NCBI GenBank assembly: GCA_044220955.1
Contig: JBGAQA010000019.1
Location: 26,618 to 90,617 of the forward strand
Length of the DNA stretch: 64,000 nt
Reading direction: 5' to 3'
DNA from: Sandaracinaceae bacterium
GTDB taxonomy: Bacteria; Myxococcota_A; Polyangia; Polyangiales; Sandaracinaceae
How positions within the stretch are numbered: position 1 is the stretch's first letter; every line of letters starts with the position of its first letter. The position numbers and the translations under genes were made by a program. Below are positions 1 through 13,429 of the stretch, in pieces. Below the pieces are notes generated by a model, which did no database searches, was not told the origin of the DNA, and saw only the letters and a program-made list of their open reading frames with translations.

Positions 1-121
1 GTCGCGGTCGCCGCCTCCCCGAGCGGCGGGCCGCCCGGTCCGGACATGGGCACCCTCGGCCCCTTCCGCCTCTGAAGCTCCCAGGGCGCGCGCCAGGCCC
101 CGAACCTGCTACGCCACCCCG

Positions 122-1462
122 GTGCAGCCGCAAGCGATCGAGGCGATGGAGCGCGCCCTGCGCGCCGGGACGCGCGACGAGGCGTGGGCGGCCATCGAGC
201 CCTTGCACGCGCTCTTGCCGACCGAGCCCGACATCGCCGAGGCGTGGCTGACGCTCCTCACCGTCTCGCCGGGGCGGCCACGCGCGGCCGAGGACGCGCT
301 GCTCGTGCTCGACCAGCACGCGCGTGACGAGGGTCTGGTGGCGCGTGCGCTCGCCGTCCTCATCGCGGTCGCGGATCTCGTGCCGTTCGACGAGCCCCGA
401 CGCCCCGGCGACGCCGCCGAGGTGGCGGTGCGCGCGGCCCGCGCCGCCCTCGCGCGCACGCCGGGCTCGCCGCCGCTCCTGGCCGCCCTCGGCAACTCCC
501 TGGTGCGCCTCGGCCCAGGGCACGACGAGGAGGCGCTCGCCAGCCTCGAGCGGGCGATCGTCCTCGACCCGCGCGGAGAGTGGCTCTCGGACCTCGGCGT
601 CCTGCACAAGCGCGCGCGCCGCTTCCGCGCGGCGCTCGCCGCGTTCGACAAGGCGCGCGCGAAGCTGGGGGATCTTCGTCCGCTGCTCTTCCACACCGCG
701 CTCGCTGCCCTGGCGACGGGCCAGGACGCGACGGCGCGCGAGGCCCTCGAGAAGATCGGCTTCCGCGTGGAGGGTGCGGCGCGTCCCTTCGTGCCCGATC
801 TGCCGCAGACGGAGATCCGCCTGCCGACGATCGGGACGGGGCGCGCGAGCTTCGCGGCCGTGCCCGACGAGGCGGCGGGGTTCGAGCGAGTGTGGATGCA
901 GCCACTGTCTCCGGTCCACGGCGTCGTGCGCACGCCGACGCACCGCGAGGCCATCGCCGACTTCGGGGACGTCGTGCTGGTCGATCCCGCGCCGGTCGCG
1001 CACCGGGTCGAGGCGGGAAAGCGCCGCCCGGTGCTCGGCGTGCTCGGCGTGCTGGCGAAGGGAGACGAGCGGCGCCTTCCGTTCCTCGGGCTCGAGCAGC
1101 AGCCCGGCGACGCCGCCGCGATCGGCGCAGCGCTGCCCGAGGGCTGCGTCTTCTACGAGCACGGGACCCGCATCGAGCGCATCTGCCCGCGCTGCGCGGC
1201 CGGCGAGACGCTCACCAAGCACGCGCACCTGCCACCCGAGGAGCACCGCGCGGTGTTCGGCAAGCTCGTCGTGCCCGCGAGCGTGCCGCTGGGGTCGGTC
1301 CGGACGGCCCTCGAGACGGCGCGCGCCGCACGCCCCGGCGTCATGCTCGCGATCCCCGGGCTCTACGAGGCGCTCCGGGACACGGCGGCCGCGGGGAAGG
1401 CCCACAAGGCGTGGGGCGCGATCGAGCGCGGCGTCCTGGTCCGCGAGGTCGCCACCCGCTGA
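122..1462 (+). CDS. TPR-repeat-containing hypothetical protein with a C-terminal CxxC/His motif
   Basis: ORF with GC-rich third codon positions; helical TPR-like segments (LGNSLVRLG..EEALASLERAIVLDP, LGVLHKRARRFRAALAAFDKA); CPRC...HAH near the C-terminus. Confidence 0.7.
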   Translation: MQPQAIEAMERALRAGTRDEAWAAIEPLHALLPTEPDIAEAWLTLLTVSPGRPRAAEDALLVLDQHARDEGLVARALAVLIAVADLVPFDEPRRPGDAAEVAVRAARAALARTPGSPPLLAALGNSLVRLGPGHDEEALASLERAIVLDPRGEWLSDLGVLHKRARRFRAALAAFDKARAKLGDLRPLLFHTALAALATGQDATAREALEKIGFRVEGAARPFVPDLPQTEIRLPTIGTGRASFAAVPDEAAGFERVWMQPLSPVHGVVRTPTHREAIADFGDVVLVDPAPVAHRVEAGKRRPVLGVLGVLAKGDERRLPFLGLEQQPGDAAAIGAALPEGCVFYEHGTRIERICPRCAAGETLTKHAHLPPEEHRAVFGKLVVPASVPLGSVRTALETARAARPGVMLAIPGLYEALRDTAAAGKAHKAWGAIERGVLVREVATR

Positions 1463-1537
1463 CGACGCCCGGACGCGGTGGCTCTGGTATCGTAGCCATT
1501 CGGGGACGCCGACCTCGCCTGTTTCTCGGAGACTCGC

Positions 1538-2167
1538 ATGCTTGCTCGACGTAGCGCGCTCGCCCTTCTCACCCTCGCCTTCCTCGGCCTGGCAGCGTTG
1601 CCTGCCCACGCGACCGTGATGGTCGAGATCCCGATGGAGCAGCTCATCGGGGACGCGCAGGTCATCGTCCACGCGACGGTCCTGCGGACCGGGACGCAGC
1701 TCGAGACCTTCGACGGGCACCTCGAGCCGCACACGATCGCGGAGCTCGCGGTGCTCGACGTCCTGAAGGGTGGGCCGGTACAGCGGATCACGATCGACGA
1801 GATCGGCGGCACGACGGCCGACGGCAGCGGCAGCTGGATCGACGGCACGCCGCGCTACCGGGACGGCGAGGAGGTCGTCGTGTTCCTGCGCCGCCTCCCG
1901 AGCGGCGCGTTCCGCACCGTCGGCATGGAGCAGGGTCGCTTCGACGTGATCCGCGAGGTCGACGTCCAGGCTCACGTGGCGCGCACGCTCGTCGAGCGCG
2001 ACACGAGCACGATCGCGTTCGCCGCGTGGGTCGACGGAGAGATGCAGGTCCGCGACGGCGGCCGCTCGCCGGCCGTCGACTACGACAGCTTCGTCGGCTT
2101 CGTCGCGTCCGTCCTCGAGCAGCTCGCCGTGCCCTCCGACCCGTCGTCGACGGGAGGTGGCCGATGA
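1538..2167 (+). CDS. Secreted hypothetical protein, TIMP/NTR-like OB-fold pattern suspected
   Basis: Sec signal peptide ending AHA; GGAG RBS upstream; stop overlaps the next start (ATGA, 2164-2167). Confidence 0.75.
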   Translation: MLARRSALALLTLAFLGLAALPAHATVMVEIPMEQLIGDAQVIVHATVLRTGTQLETFDGHLEPHTIAELAVLDVLKGGPVQRITIDEIGGTTADGSGSWIDGTPRYRDGEEVVVFLRRLPSGAFRTVGMEQGRFDVIREVDVQAHVARTLVERDTSTIAFAAWVDGEMQVRDGGRSPAVDYDSFVGFVASVLEQLAVPSDPSSTGGGR

Positions 2168-3966
2168 CCCCGTCGCAGAGGCGTCGCTGGACGCTGACCC
2201 TCGCTGTCGCCTCGGCGCTGGTCGCGAGCCCTGCGACCGCGTGGAGCCCGATCGACTCGTCACAGCCGATCTGGAGCGGGGCCGTCCCGTACCAGATGAA
2301 CGACGCGGGGTCCGCGGATCTCGGCGTCGACACCACCGAGTCCGTCGTCCAGCAGGCGTTCGGCGACTGGACGATGGTGTCGTGCACGAGCCTGCGCGCA
2401 ACCTACGGCGGCCGCACCGCGAGCCGCCCCTCGACGGGCGACGGCCGCGCCATGGTCGGCTGGGTCGAGAGCGGCTGGCGCTACGACACCAGCGCCATCG
2501 GCGTCACGCAGCCGCAGTGGACGTCGCGCACCACCATGGGCCACCCGACGATCGTCGAGGCCGACATGGAGCTCAACGGCGCGAACTACACCTGGATCAC
2601 CGGCTCGGGCCGCGGGACCATGGTCAACGCGTACTCGATCGTCCTGCACGAGGGCGGCCACTACTACGGCCTGGGCCACTCCACGAGCTCGAGCGCCACG
2701 ATGTACTACGCGTACAGCGGCGGCATCGCCTCGCTCTCGAGCGACGACCAGACGGGCATCTGCACCCTCTATCCCGGCACGGGCGTGCCGCCGACGAGCT
2801 GCACGACGACGGGCTGTCCGACCGGACAGACCTGCAACACGGCGACCGGGACGTGCATGACGTCCTCGATGATGGGCACGGGCGGCCTCTGCTCGCCGTG
2901 CAGCTCGGCTGCGTCGTGCACGAACGGCTACTGCCTGCGCTACCCGGACGGGCTCGGGTACTGCGGGACGAACTGCTCGAGCGACGCCGACTGCTCGGGC
3001 GGCTCGACGTGCTTCGCGGTGAGCGGCCTCGGCGGCCAGTGCGTGCAGGCCTCGGGCTCCTGCGCGGGGACGACGCCGAGCGGCTGCACCAACGACACCG
3101 ACTGCGCGTCGGGCCAGCGCTGCAACGTCGCGACGGGCGCGTGCGAAGCAGGCTCGACGAGCGGCGGCGGCCTCGGCGCGCCATGCACGACCCCGGACGA
3201 GTGCTCGTCCAACGTCTGCTTCGGCGGCGTCTGCTCGGCCACGTGCGACTGGCTCGACCCGACCTCGTGCGGCACCGGGTTCTACTGCAACGGTCAGGCG
3301 ACGGGCACGTGCACCGGGACCGGGCTCTGCGAGCCCGGCAGCGCCGGCTCGGGCGCGATCGGATCGGCCTGCAGCGCGAACACCGACTGCGCGGGCCTCT
3401 TCTGCGCGGAGGGCGTGTGCACCTCGCCCTGCGTCCCGGGCGGCGCGACGACCTCGTGCCCCGTCGGCTACGCGTGCCAGGTCGGCAGCACGGCGAGCTG
3501 CGGGAGCTGCCAGATGACCGGCCAGATCGGCGACGCGTGCTCGATGGGCACCGACTGCGCCTCGCGCATCTGCGTGAACGGCGCTTGCTCGCAGACCTGC
3601 GACCCGGTGAGCGGCGGTGGCTGCCCGGACATGTTCAGCTGCCAGCCCCAGGGCGAGAGCGGCGCGTGCGTCGCGAGCTCGGGCGGCCTCGGCGCACCTT
3701 GCCACTCGATGGGCGACTGCCTGAGCGGCCAGTGCGCACAGTCGGGCTCGAGCACGTTCTGCACGCGCACCTGCGAGGCGACCGCGCCCTGCCCGCGCGG
3801 CTACTCCTGCGTCGCGACGGGCGACGGCACGACGCGGATCTGCCAGCCGCGCGACAGCGGCAGCTGCGGCTGCACGGTGGCCGGTGGCCGCGGCGGCGCG
3901 GCGGGCGCGCTCGCGGGCCTCTCGGTGCTCGCGCTCCTGATGGTCGGACGGCGACGCGCGCGCTGA
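2164..3966 (+). CDS. Matrixin (M10-like metzincin) metalloprotease with Cys-rich repeats and MYXO-CTERM-like sorting tail
   Basis: Signal peptide; HEGGHYYGLGH zinc motif followed by ATMY Met-turn; many Cys-rich repeats; C-terminal GSCGC, transmembrane segment and RRRAR; GGAGG RBS upstream. Confidence 0.9.
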   Translation: MTPSQRRRWTLTLAVASALVASPATAWSPIDSSQPIWSGAVPYQMNDAGSADLGVDTTESVVQQAFGDWTMVSCTSLRATYGGRTASRPSTGDGRAMVGWVESGWRYDTSAIGVTQPQWTSRTTMGHPTIVEADMELNGANYTWITGSGRGTMVNAYSIVLHEGGHYYGLGHSTSSSATMYYAYSGGIASLSSDDQTGICTLYPGTGVPPTSCTTTGCPTGQTCNTATGTCMTSSMMGTGGLCSPCSSAASCTNGYCLRYPDGLGYCGTNCSSDADCSGGSTCFAVSGLGGQCVQASGSCAGTTPSGCTNDTDCASGQRCNVATGACEAGSTSGGGLGAPCTTPDECSSNVCFGGVCSATCDWLDPTSCGTGFYCNGQATGTCTGTGLCEPGSAGSGAIGSACSANTDCAGLFCAEGVCTSPCVPGGATTSCPVGYACQVGSTASCGSCQMTGQIGDACSMGTDCASRICVNGACSQTCDPVSGGGCPDMFSCQPQGESGACVASSGGLGAPCHSMGDCLSGQCAQSGSSTFCTRTCEATAPCPRGYSCVATGDGTTRICQPRDSGSCGCTVAGGRGGAAGALAGLSVLALLMVGRRRAR

Positions 3967-4033
3967 GGCGCGCGGGCCTGCCTGCCCGGGGGTTGCCTCT
4001 CGCTCCCGTTCGCTCTACGTCGCACCCGGAGTC

Positions 4034-5797
4034 GTGAAGCCGGTGGTGTCGGATGAGCGGAGGGAGCGCCTCCTCGAGAAGGTGCGCCCGTACGCCGGAC
4101 GCCTGGCGTGGGGCGCGCTGCTGCTCGTCTTGACGCAGGCCGCCGAGAAGGCCGCCCCGTGGCTCTTCCGCGTCGGGCTCGACGCGCTGCACGATCGCGA
4201 CGGCACCACGGTGCGCGACGCCGCGCTCGGCGTGATCGGGCTCTCGGCGCTCGCCTGGTTCGTGCGCACGCGATCCCGCATCCAGGTCTTCAACGTGGGT
4301 CGTGACGTCGAGTTCGACCTGCGCAACCAGGTCCTCGCGCGCGTTCACCTCCTCGGTCCGTCCTTCTTCAAGAAGACGAGCACCGGCGACATCATGAGCC
4401 GCGCGACGAACGATCTCGCGCAGGTGCGCCTCTTGATCGGGTTCGGCGCGCTCAACGTGGTGAACTCGGCCCTCGCGTTCGTGAGCGCGATCGCGCTGAT
4501 GTTCGTCGTCTCGCCGCGCCTCACCCTGATGGCGCTGGTCCCGTATCCCTTCCTCGCGTTCGCGGCGCGCCGCTTCGGCCGCGCGATGTTCGCCCGGAGC
4601 GGTGACGCGCAGGTGGCGATCGCCGCGCTCTCGGAGCGTGTCCAGGAGGACGTCGCCGGGACGCGCGCGCTGCGCTCGCTCGGCCTCGAGGATCGCCAGC
4701 GGACGCGCTTCGACCAGGTGAACGAGAACGCGATCGAGAAGAACCTGCGCCTCGTCTCGCTGCGCGCGCTGATGTGGCCCGTGATGATGGGGCTCAGCTC
4801 GATCGGCACGCTCGTCGTGGTCTGGCAGGGAGGCGAGATGGTCCTCTCGGGGGCGCTGACCGTCGGCGAGTTCGCCGCGTTCAACGCGTACCTCGCGCAG
4901 CTCGTCTGGCCGACGCTCGCGTTCGGATACCTGCTCGGGATCGTGCAGCGCGGTCGCGCGTCGTACGAGCGCGTGCGCGAGGTGCTGATCGCCGCGCCCG
5001 ACGTCGCCGAGGACCCCGACGCGATCCCGGCCAAGAAGGTCGGCGCGCTCAAGGTGGTGGACCTCTCGTACGAGATCGACGGGCGCCGGGTGCTCGACCA
5101 CGTGTCGTTCGACGTGCCGGCCGGGAGCTCTCTCGCGGTCGTCGGCGCGACCGGGAGCGGCAAGAGCACGCTGGCGGCGCTCCTGCCGCGCTTGCTCCAG
5201 ACCCCGCGAGGCGCCGTGTATCTCGACGGCGACGACGTGACGCGCCTCTCCCTCTCGGACCTCCGGCGCACCGTCGGGTTCGCGCAGCAGGAGCCCTTCC
5301 TCTTCTCGACCACCGTGGCGGCCAACCTCGGCCTCGCGCAGGACGATCCCGCCGCTCCAGGCGCGCGTGCCGCCCTCGAGCACGCCGCGTCCGAGGCGAG
5401 CGTGAAGGACGAGATCGAACAGCTCCCGGAGGCATGGTCGACGATCGTGGGCGAGCGCGGGGTGCAGCTCTCGGGCGGCCAGAAGCAGCGGGTGGCGCTC
5501 TCCCGAGCGCTGCTCGGCGCGCCACGCGTGCTCGTGCTCGACGACCCGCTCAGCGCCGTCGACTCGCGGACCGAGCGCGCCATCCTCGAGGCCCTCGACC
5601 GCGCCGCCGCGGGCCGGACGATGGTGCTCGTCACGCACCGCATCGCTGCGGCGGCGCGCTGCGATCGCGTCCTGGTCCTGGAGGCGGGGCGCGTGGTCGA
5701 AGAGGGCACGCACGACGACCTCGTGAAGGGCAGAGGGCTCTACGCGCGGCTCGCGGCGCGGCAGCGCCTCGAGCAAGAGATCGCGGAGCTCGCGTGA
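4034..5797 (+). CDS. ABC exporter subunit (TMD+NBD) of a heterodimeric pair, degenerate Walker B
   Basis: N-terminal TM domain; Walker A GATGSGKS; signature LSGGQ; Walker B LVLDDP. Confidence 0.92.
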   Translation: MKPVVSDERRERLLEKVRPYAGRLAWGALLLVLTQAAEKAAPWLFRVGLDALHDRDGTTVRDAALGVIGLSALAWFVRTRSRIQVFNVGRDVEFDLRNQVLARVHLLGPSFFKKTSTGDIMSRATNDLAQVRLLIGFGALNVVNSALAFVSAIALMFVVSPRLTLMALVPYPFLAFAARRFGRAMFARSGDAQVAIAALSERVQEDVAGTRALRSLGLEDRQRTRFDQVNENAIEKNLRLVSLRALMWPVMMGLSSIGTLVVVWQGGEMVLSGALTVGEFAAFNAYLAQLVWPTLAFGYLLGIVQRGRASYERVREVLIAAPDVAEDPDAIPAKKVGALKVVDLSYEIDGRRVLDHVSFDVPAGSSLAVVGATGSGKSTLAALLPRLLQTPRGAVYLDGDDVTRLSLSDLRRTVGFAQQEPFLFSTTVAANLGLAQDDPAAPGARAALEHAASEASVKDEIEQLPEAWSTIVGERGVQLSGGQKQRVALSRALLGAPRVLVLDDPLSAVDSRTERAILEALDRAAAGRTMVLVTHRIAAAARCDRVLVLEAGRVVEEGTHDDLVKGRGLYARLAARQRLEQEIAELA

Positions 5798-7689
5798 GCG
5801 ATCCGCGCCGCGTCGCGAACGTCCGGCCTCCGAGCGGCGATGCCGTCGACGAGAAGACGTACGACCTGGTCTTGCTCGGGCGCCTCTGGCCCTTCGCGCG
5901 CACGCACGGGCGCCTCCTCCTCACGACGCTGCTCCTCGTCCCGGTCGTGACGGGCGCTTCGCTGACCCAGCCGCTGCTCATCCGCGAGGCCATCCACGCC
6001 TCGCTCGTCGAGCGATCGAGCGTCGCGCTCGGCCACGTCGTCCTTCTGTTCGCGCTGGCCATCGGCGTGGAGTTCACGGCGCGCTTCGCCCAGCAGTACA
6101 CGCTCCAGCTCGCCGGGCAGCGCACGGTGGCGGCGATCCGGGCGGCGACGTACGCCCGCGTGCAGCGGCTACCGCTCGCCTATCTCGACCGCACGCCCGT
6201 CGGGCGCGTGGTCACGCGCGTCACGAACGACTCCGACGCGCTGGGCGAGCTCTTCGCGTCGGGCGCGGTGCTCGCGATCTCGGATCTCGTGATGCTGGCG
6301 GGGTGCATCGCGGCGATGTTCTACCTCGACGTCGGCATGACGCTGGTCGCGCTCTGCGCCATCCCGCCGCTCGCGTTCGCCGTCGACCGCATCCGCCGCC
6401 GCGCCCGCGAGGCGTTCCGCGCCATCCGGGCCAGCATCGCGCAGCTCAACGCCTACATGTCCGAGCAGGTGCAGGGCATCGCCATCGTGCAGGCGTTCGG
6501 CCGGGAGGACGCTTGCCTCGCCGAGTACGAGCAGATCAACGCGCAGCACCGCGACGCGAACTTCCTCTCGATTCGCTACGACGCCCTGCTCTACTCGATC
6601 GTCGAGTCGATCGCCGCGGTCACGGTGGCCATCGTCCTCTGGTACGCCGCGGTGCACGTCGGTGGGCTCGGCGAGACGGAGTCCGCCCTCTACGTCGGCA
6701 CGGTCGTCGCGTTCTACGACTACGTGCAGCGCTTCTTCGTGCCCATCCGCGAGCTCTCCACGAAGTACACGATCCTGCAGTCCTCGCTCTCGGCGGCCGA
6801 GCGGATCTTCGCCCTGCTCGACATGAAGGACGACGACGCGCCGGCGGGCCTCGAGGTCCCGAGGTACGCCCCGCCCGAGGACGACGTCGCGATCGAGCTG
6901 CGGGCCGTCGACTTCGCGTACCGCACGGGCCACCCGGTGCTCCACGACGTGTCTCTGCGGGTCAAGCGCGGCGAGCGGATCGCCATCGTCGGGCCGACGG
7001 GCTCCGGCAAGACGACGATCACCGCGCTCGCGCTGCGGCTCTACGACGTGTCGAGAGGCCACGTCCTCGTCGACGGGCGCGACGTGCGCGAGGTCGATCG
7101 CGGCGCGCTGCGGGGCAAGTTCGCGTGCGTGCCGCAGGACGTCTTCCTCCACAACGACACCATCCTGGCGAACGTGGCCGCGCTCGATCCGCGTCCCGAT
7201 CTCGAGCGCGCGAAGGAGGCGGTGCGCAAGGTGGGTCTCGAGCCGATGCTCGCACCCCGCGGCGGCCTGGACGCGCGCGTGGACGAGCGCGGAGCCAACC
7301 TGAGCGCCGGGGAGCGGCAGCTGGTCGCCTTCGCCCGGGCCATCTACCTGGATCGCCCGTTCCTCGTGCTCGACGAGGCCACCGCGCACGTGGACAGCGA
7401 GACCGAGGCGCGTCTCGGCACGGCGGCCGAGACGATGCTGGCCGGCCGGACGGCCATCGTCATCGCCCACCGGCTCTCCACCGTCCGGACCGTGGACCGC
7501 ATCGTGGTGGTGCACCGGGGCCGCATCGTCGAGGAGGGCAGGCACGAGGAGCTGCTCGCGCTCGGGGGCCTCTACTCGCGCCTGTATCGGCTCCAGCTGG
7601 CCGACACGGCGGACCTCGCCCCGCCTGATCCGGCGGAGGGCGAAAATCCCCGTCCTCCCGCACCTCAAGGCGAATCTGCGGTAAGCTGA
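5794..7689 (+). CDS. ABC exporter subunit (TMD+NBD), partner of the upstream gene
   Basis: GTG start overlaps upstream stop (GTGA); Walker A GPTGSGKT; signature LSAGE; Walker B LVLDEA; IAHRLST switch. Confidence 0.9.
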   Translation: MSDPRRVANVRPPSGDAVDEKTYDLVLLGRLWPFARTHGRLLLTTLLLVPVVTGASLTQPLLIREAIHASLVERSSVALGHVVLLFALAIGVEFTARFAQQYTLQLAGQRTVAAIRAATYARVQRLPLAYLDRTPVGRVVTRVTNDSDALGELFASGAVLAISDLVMLAGCIAAMFYLDVGMTLVALCAIPPLAFAVDRIRRRAREAFRAIRASIAQLNAYMSEQVQGIAIVQAFGREDACLAEYEQINAQHRDANFLSIRYDALLYSIVESIAAVTVAIVLWYAAVHVGGLGETESALYVGTVVAFYDYVQRFFVPIRELSTKYTILQSSLSAAERIFALLDMKDDDAPAGLEVPRYAPPEDDVAIELRAVDFAYRTGHPVLHDVSLRVKRGERIAIVGPTGSGKTTITALALRLYDVSRGHVLVDGRDVREVDRGALRGKFACVPQDVFLHNDTILANVAALDPRPDLERAKEAVRKVGLEPMLAPRGGLDARVDERGANLSAGERQLVAFARAIYLDRPFLVLDEATAHVDSETEARLGTAAETMLAGRTAIVIAHRLSTVRTVDRIVVVHRGRIVEEGRHEELLALGGLYSRLYRLQLADTADLAPPDPAEGENPRPPAPQGESAVS

Positions 7690-7741
7690 GCGCTCCTACA
7701 GGTCGGGGGGCCGGATTCGCCGGGCACCGACTCGAGTCGGC

Positions 7742-11725
<3,984 letters not shown>

Positions 11726-11732
11726 GGCGGCG

Positions 11733-12416
11733 TCAGGGCGTCGGCGGGGTGGGATCCGCAGCGACCGGCGGCGCGGGGTCCGCAGGGGCGGCGGGAGCCG
11801 GATCGGCGGAGGGGGCCGGATCGGCGTGATGGGCGGGCGCGGGCGCAGCGTGAGCCGCTGGAGCCGGCGGTGCGGACGCGGGCGGCGTCAGGACGAAGTC
11901 GGGCAGTGCCGGCGCGGCGGCCTCGCCAGGAGGGGCCGGGAGCTCGACCGGGACATCGACGCCGGTCGTCGCCGCGCCCGGCACGGGCGGGAGCCCCTCC
12001 GGGATGTGGAGCAAGGGTGTCGCCGGCGCGGGCGCCTCGTCCTCGGTCCCCTCGCCGTCGTGGTCGCCGCTCTCGTGATCGGCGCTCTCTGGATCGCCGC
12101 GGCCGTGCTCGTCGTCCGACTCGAGCGCCTCGTGCAGCTCGGCGCGGTTCTCGTCCTCGCGCTGATGCATCGCGTCTTCCAGCGCCGAGTCGCCGCTCGA
12201 GCTGAGCCAGGCGAGCGTGGCCGACAGGATCATGAAGAGCGCCGCGCTGACGGTCGTGAGCCGCGTCAGCAGGTTCCCGGCCCCGGAGCCGCCGAAGACC
12301 GTCTGGCTGCCGCCCCCGAGCGAGCCCATCCCGCCGCCGCGCCCCTGCTGGAGCAGCACGACCATGATCAGGAAGGAGCAGACGAGGACGTAGACGACGG
12401 AGAGAAACGTGTACAT
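11733..12416 (-). CDS. secG: Preprotein translocase subunit SecG with a long acidic, Pro/Ala-rich tail
   Basis: VLLQQGRGGGMGSLGGGSQTVFGGSGAGNLLTRLT motif; lies downstream of tpiA. Confidence 0.92.
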   Translation of the reverse strand: MYTFLSVVYVLVCSFLIMVVLLQQGRGGGMGSLGGGSQTVFGGSGAGNLLTRLTTVSAALFMILSATLAWLSSSGDSALEDAMHQREDENRAELHEALESDDEHGRGDPESADHESGDHDGEGTEDEAPAPATPLLHIPEGLPPVPGAATTGVDVPVELPAPPGEAAAPALPDFVLTPPASAPPAPAAHAAPAPAHHADPAPSADPAPAAPADPAPPVAADPTPPTP

Positions 12417-12512
12417 GGCGGTCTTCCCGGAACGGGGGCCGGACCGTAGCAGGGTCGCCCGGGTTTTCCAGCAACCCCGGACGGGGCGCGTTCATGCCCG
12501 CCGGGACCTCGG

Positions 12513-13313
12513 TCAGGGTCGAACGGCCGCCCGGACGATGGCCGCGAAGCCCTTGGCGTCGAGCGAGGCTCCACCCACCAGCGCCCCGTCGATGTCCGGC
12601 TCGGCCATGAGGTCGGCCGCGTTGTCCGCCTTCACGCTGCCGCCGTACAGGATGCGCAACCCTGCCGCCGCCTTGTCGCCGAGCTTCTCTGCGATGCGCG
12701 CGCGGATGGCCACGTGCATCTGCTGGGCGTCCTCGGGCTGGGCGACCTTGCCCGTGCCGATCGCCCAGATCGGCTCGTACGCGACGACGCAGCGGATCAG
12801 CGCGGTGGCGTCGATGCCCTCGAGCGATCCGTCGATCTGGCGCAGCACGACCTCGACCGCGCGCCCGGCCTCGCGATCCGCGAGCATCTCCCCCACGCAG
12901 ACGATCGGGCGCAGGCCGCGCGCGAGGCACGCCTGGCGCTTCCGGCTCACGATGGCGTCCGTCTCGCCGTGGTACTGGCGCCGCTCGGAGTGGCCGACGA
13001 TGCAGAGGGAGCAGCCCGCGTCGAGCAGCATCGCGGGCGCGATCTCGCCGGTGAAAGCCCCCTTCTCTTCCGCGCACGTGTCCTGCGCCGCGAGCGCGAC
13101 GCTCGAGCCCGTGAGGACGCGGGCCACGGAGGCCAGCGCCGTGAACGGCGGGGCGACCGCGACCTCGACGCCCGGCGGGGTCGACGCCTCCGGCGAGCGA
13201 AGCTCCGCGACGACGTCGCGCACGAGCGACTCCGAGAGCGCGATGGAGGCGGGATGGAGCTTCCAGTTGCCGCAGACGAGCGGCGTGCGATCGCGAGAGG
13301 TCATCGCCGCCAA
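12513..13313 (-). CDS. tpiA: Triosephosphate isomerase (start uncertain)
   Basis: GNWK, IVGHSERR, AYEPIWAIGTG, LYGGSV and LVGGASL motifs. Confidence 0.97.
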   Translation of the reverse strand: MAAMTSRDRTPLVCGNWKLHPASIALSESLVRDVVAELRSPEASTPPGVEVAVAPPFTALASVARVLTGSSVALAAQDTCAEEKGAFTGEIAPAMLLDAGCSLCIVGHSERRQYHGETDAIVSRKRQACLARGLRPIVCVGEMLADREAGRAVEVVLRQIDGSLEGIDATALIRCVVAYEPIWAIGTGKVAQPEDAQQMHVAIRARIAEKLGDKAAAGLRILYGGSVKADNAADLMAEPDIDGALVGGASLDAKGFAAIVRAAVRP

Positions 13314-13429
13314 GAGTGCCGGGCGCAGCCCTCGTGATCAACGCTCCCGGCGCCTGGCCGAGCCGGGGTCGAGTCGCGCCGACACCGCTCGGGGCGTCGC
13401 GACCGGCGGCGACCGACGCCTCGCGCGGG

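Noticed and set aside
2788..3860. Repetitive DNA as a possible CRISPR or non-coding repeat array
   Set aside because: Repeats are degenerate, in frame and protein-level (Cys-rich); no constant repeat-spacer pattern and no cas genes
4034..7689. Degenerate catalytic motifs in the ABC pair as a novelty
   Set aside because: One degenerate site (LDD / LSAGE) is the standard feature of heterodimeric ABC exporters
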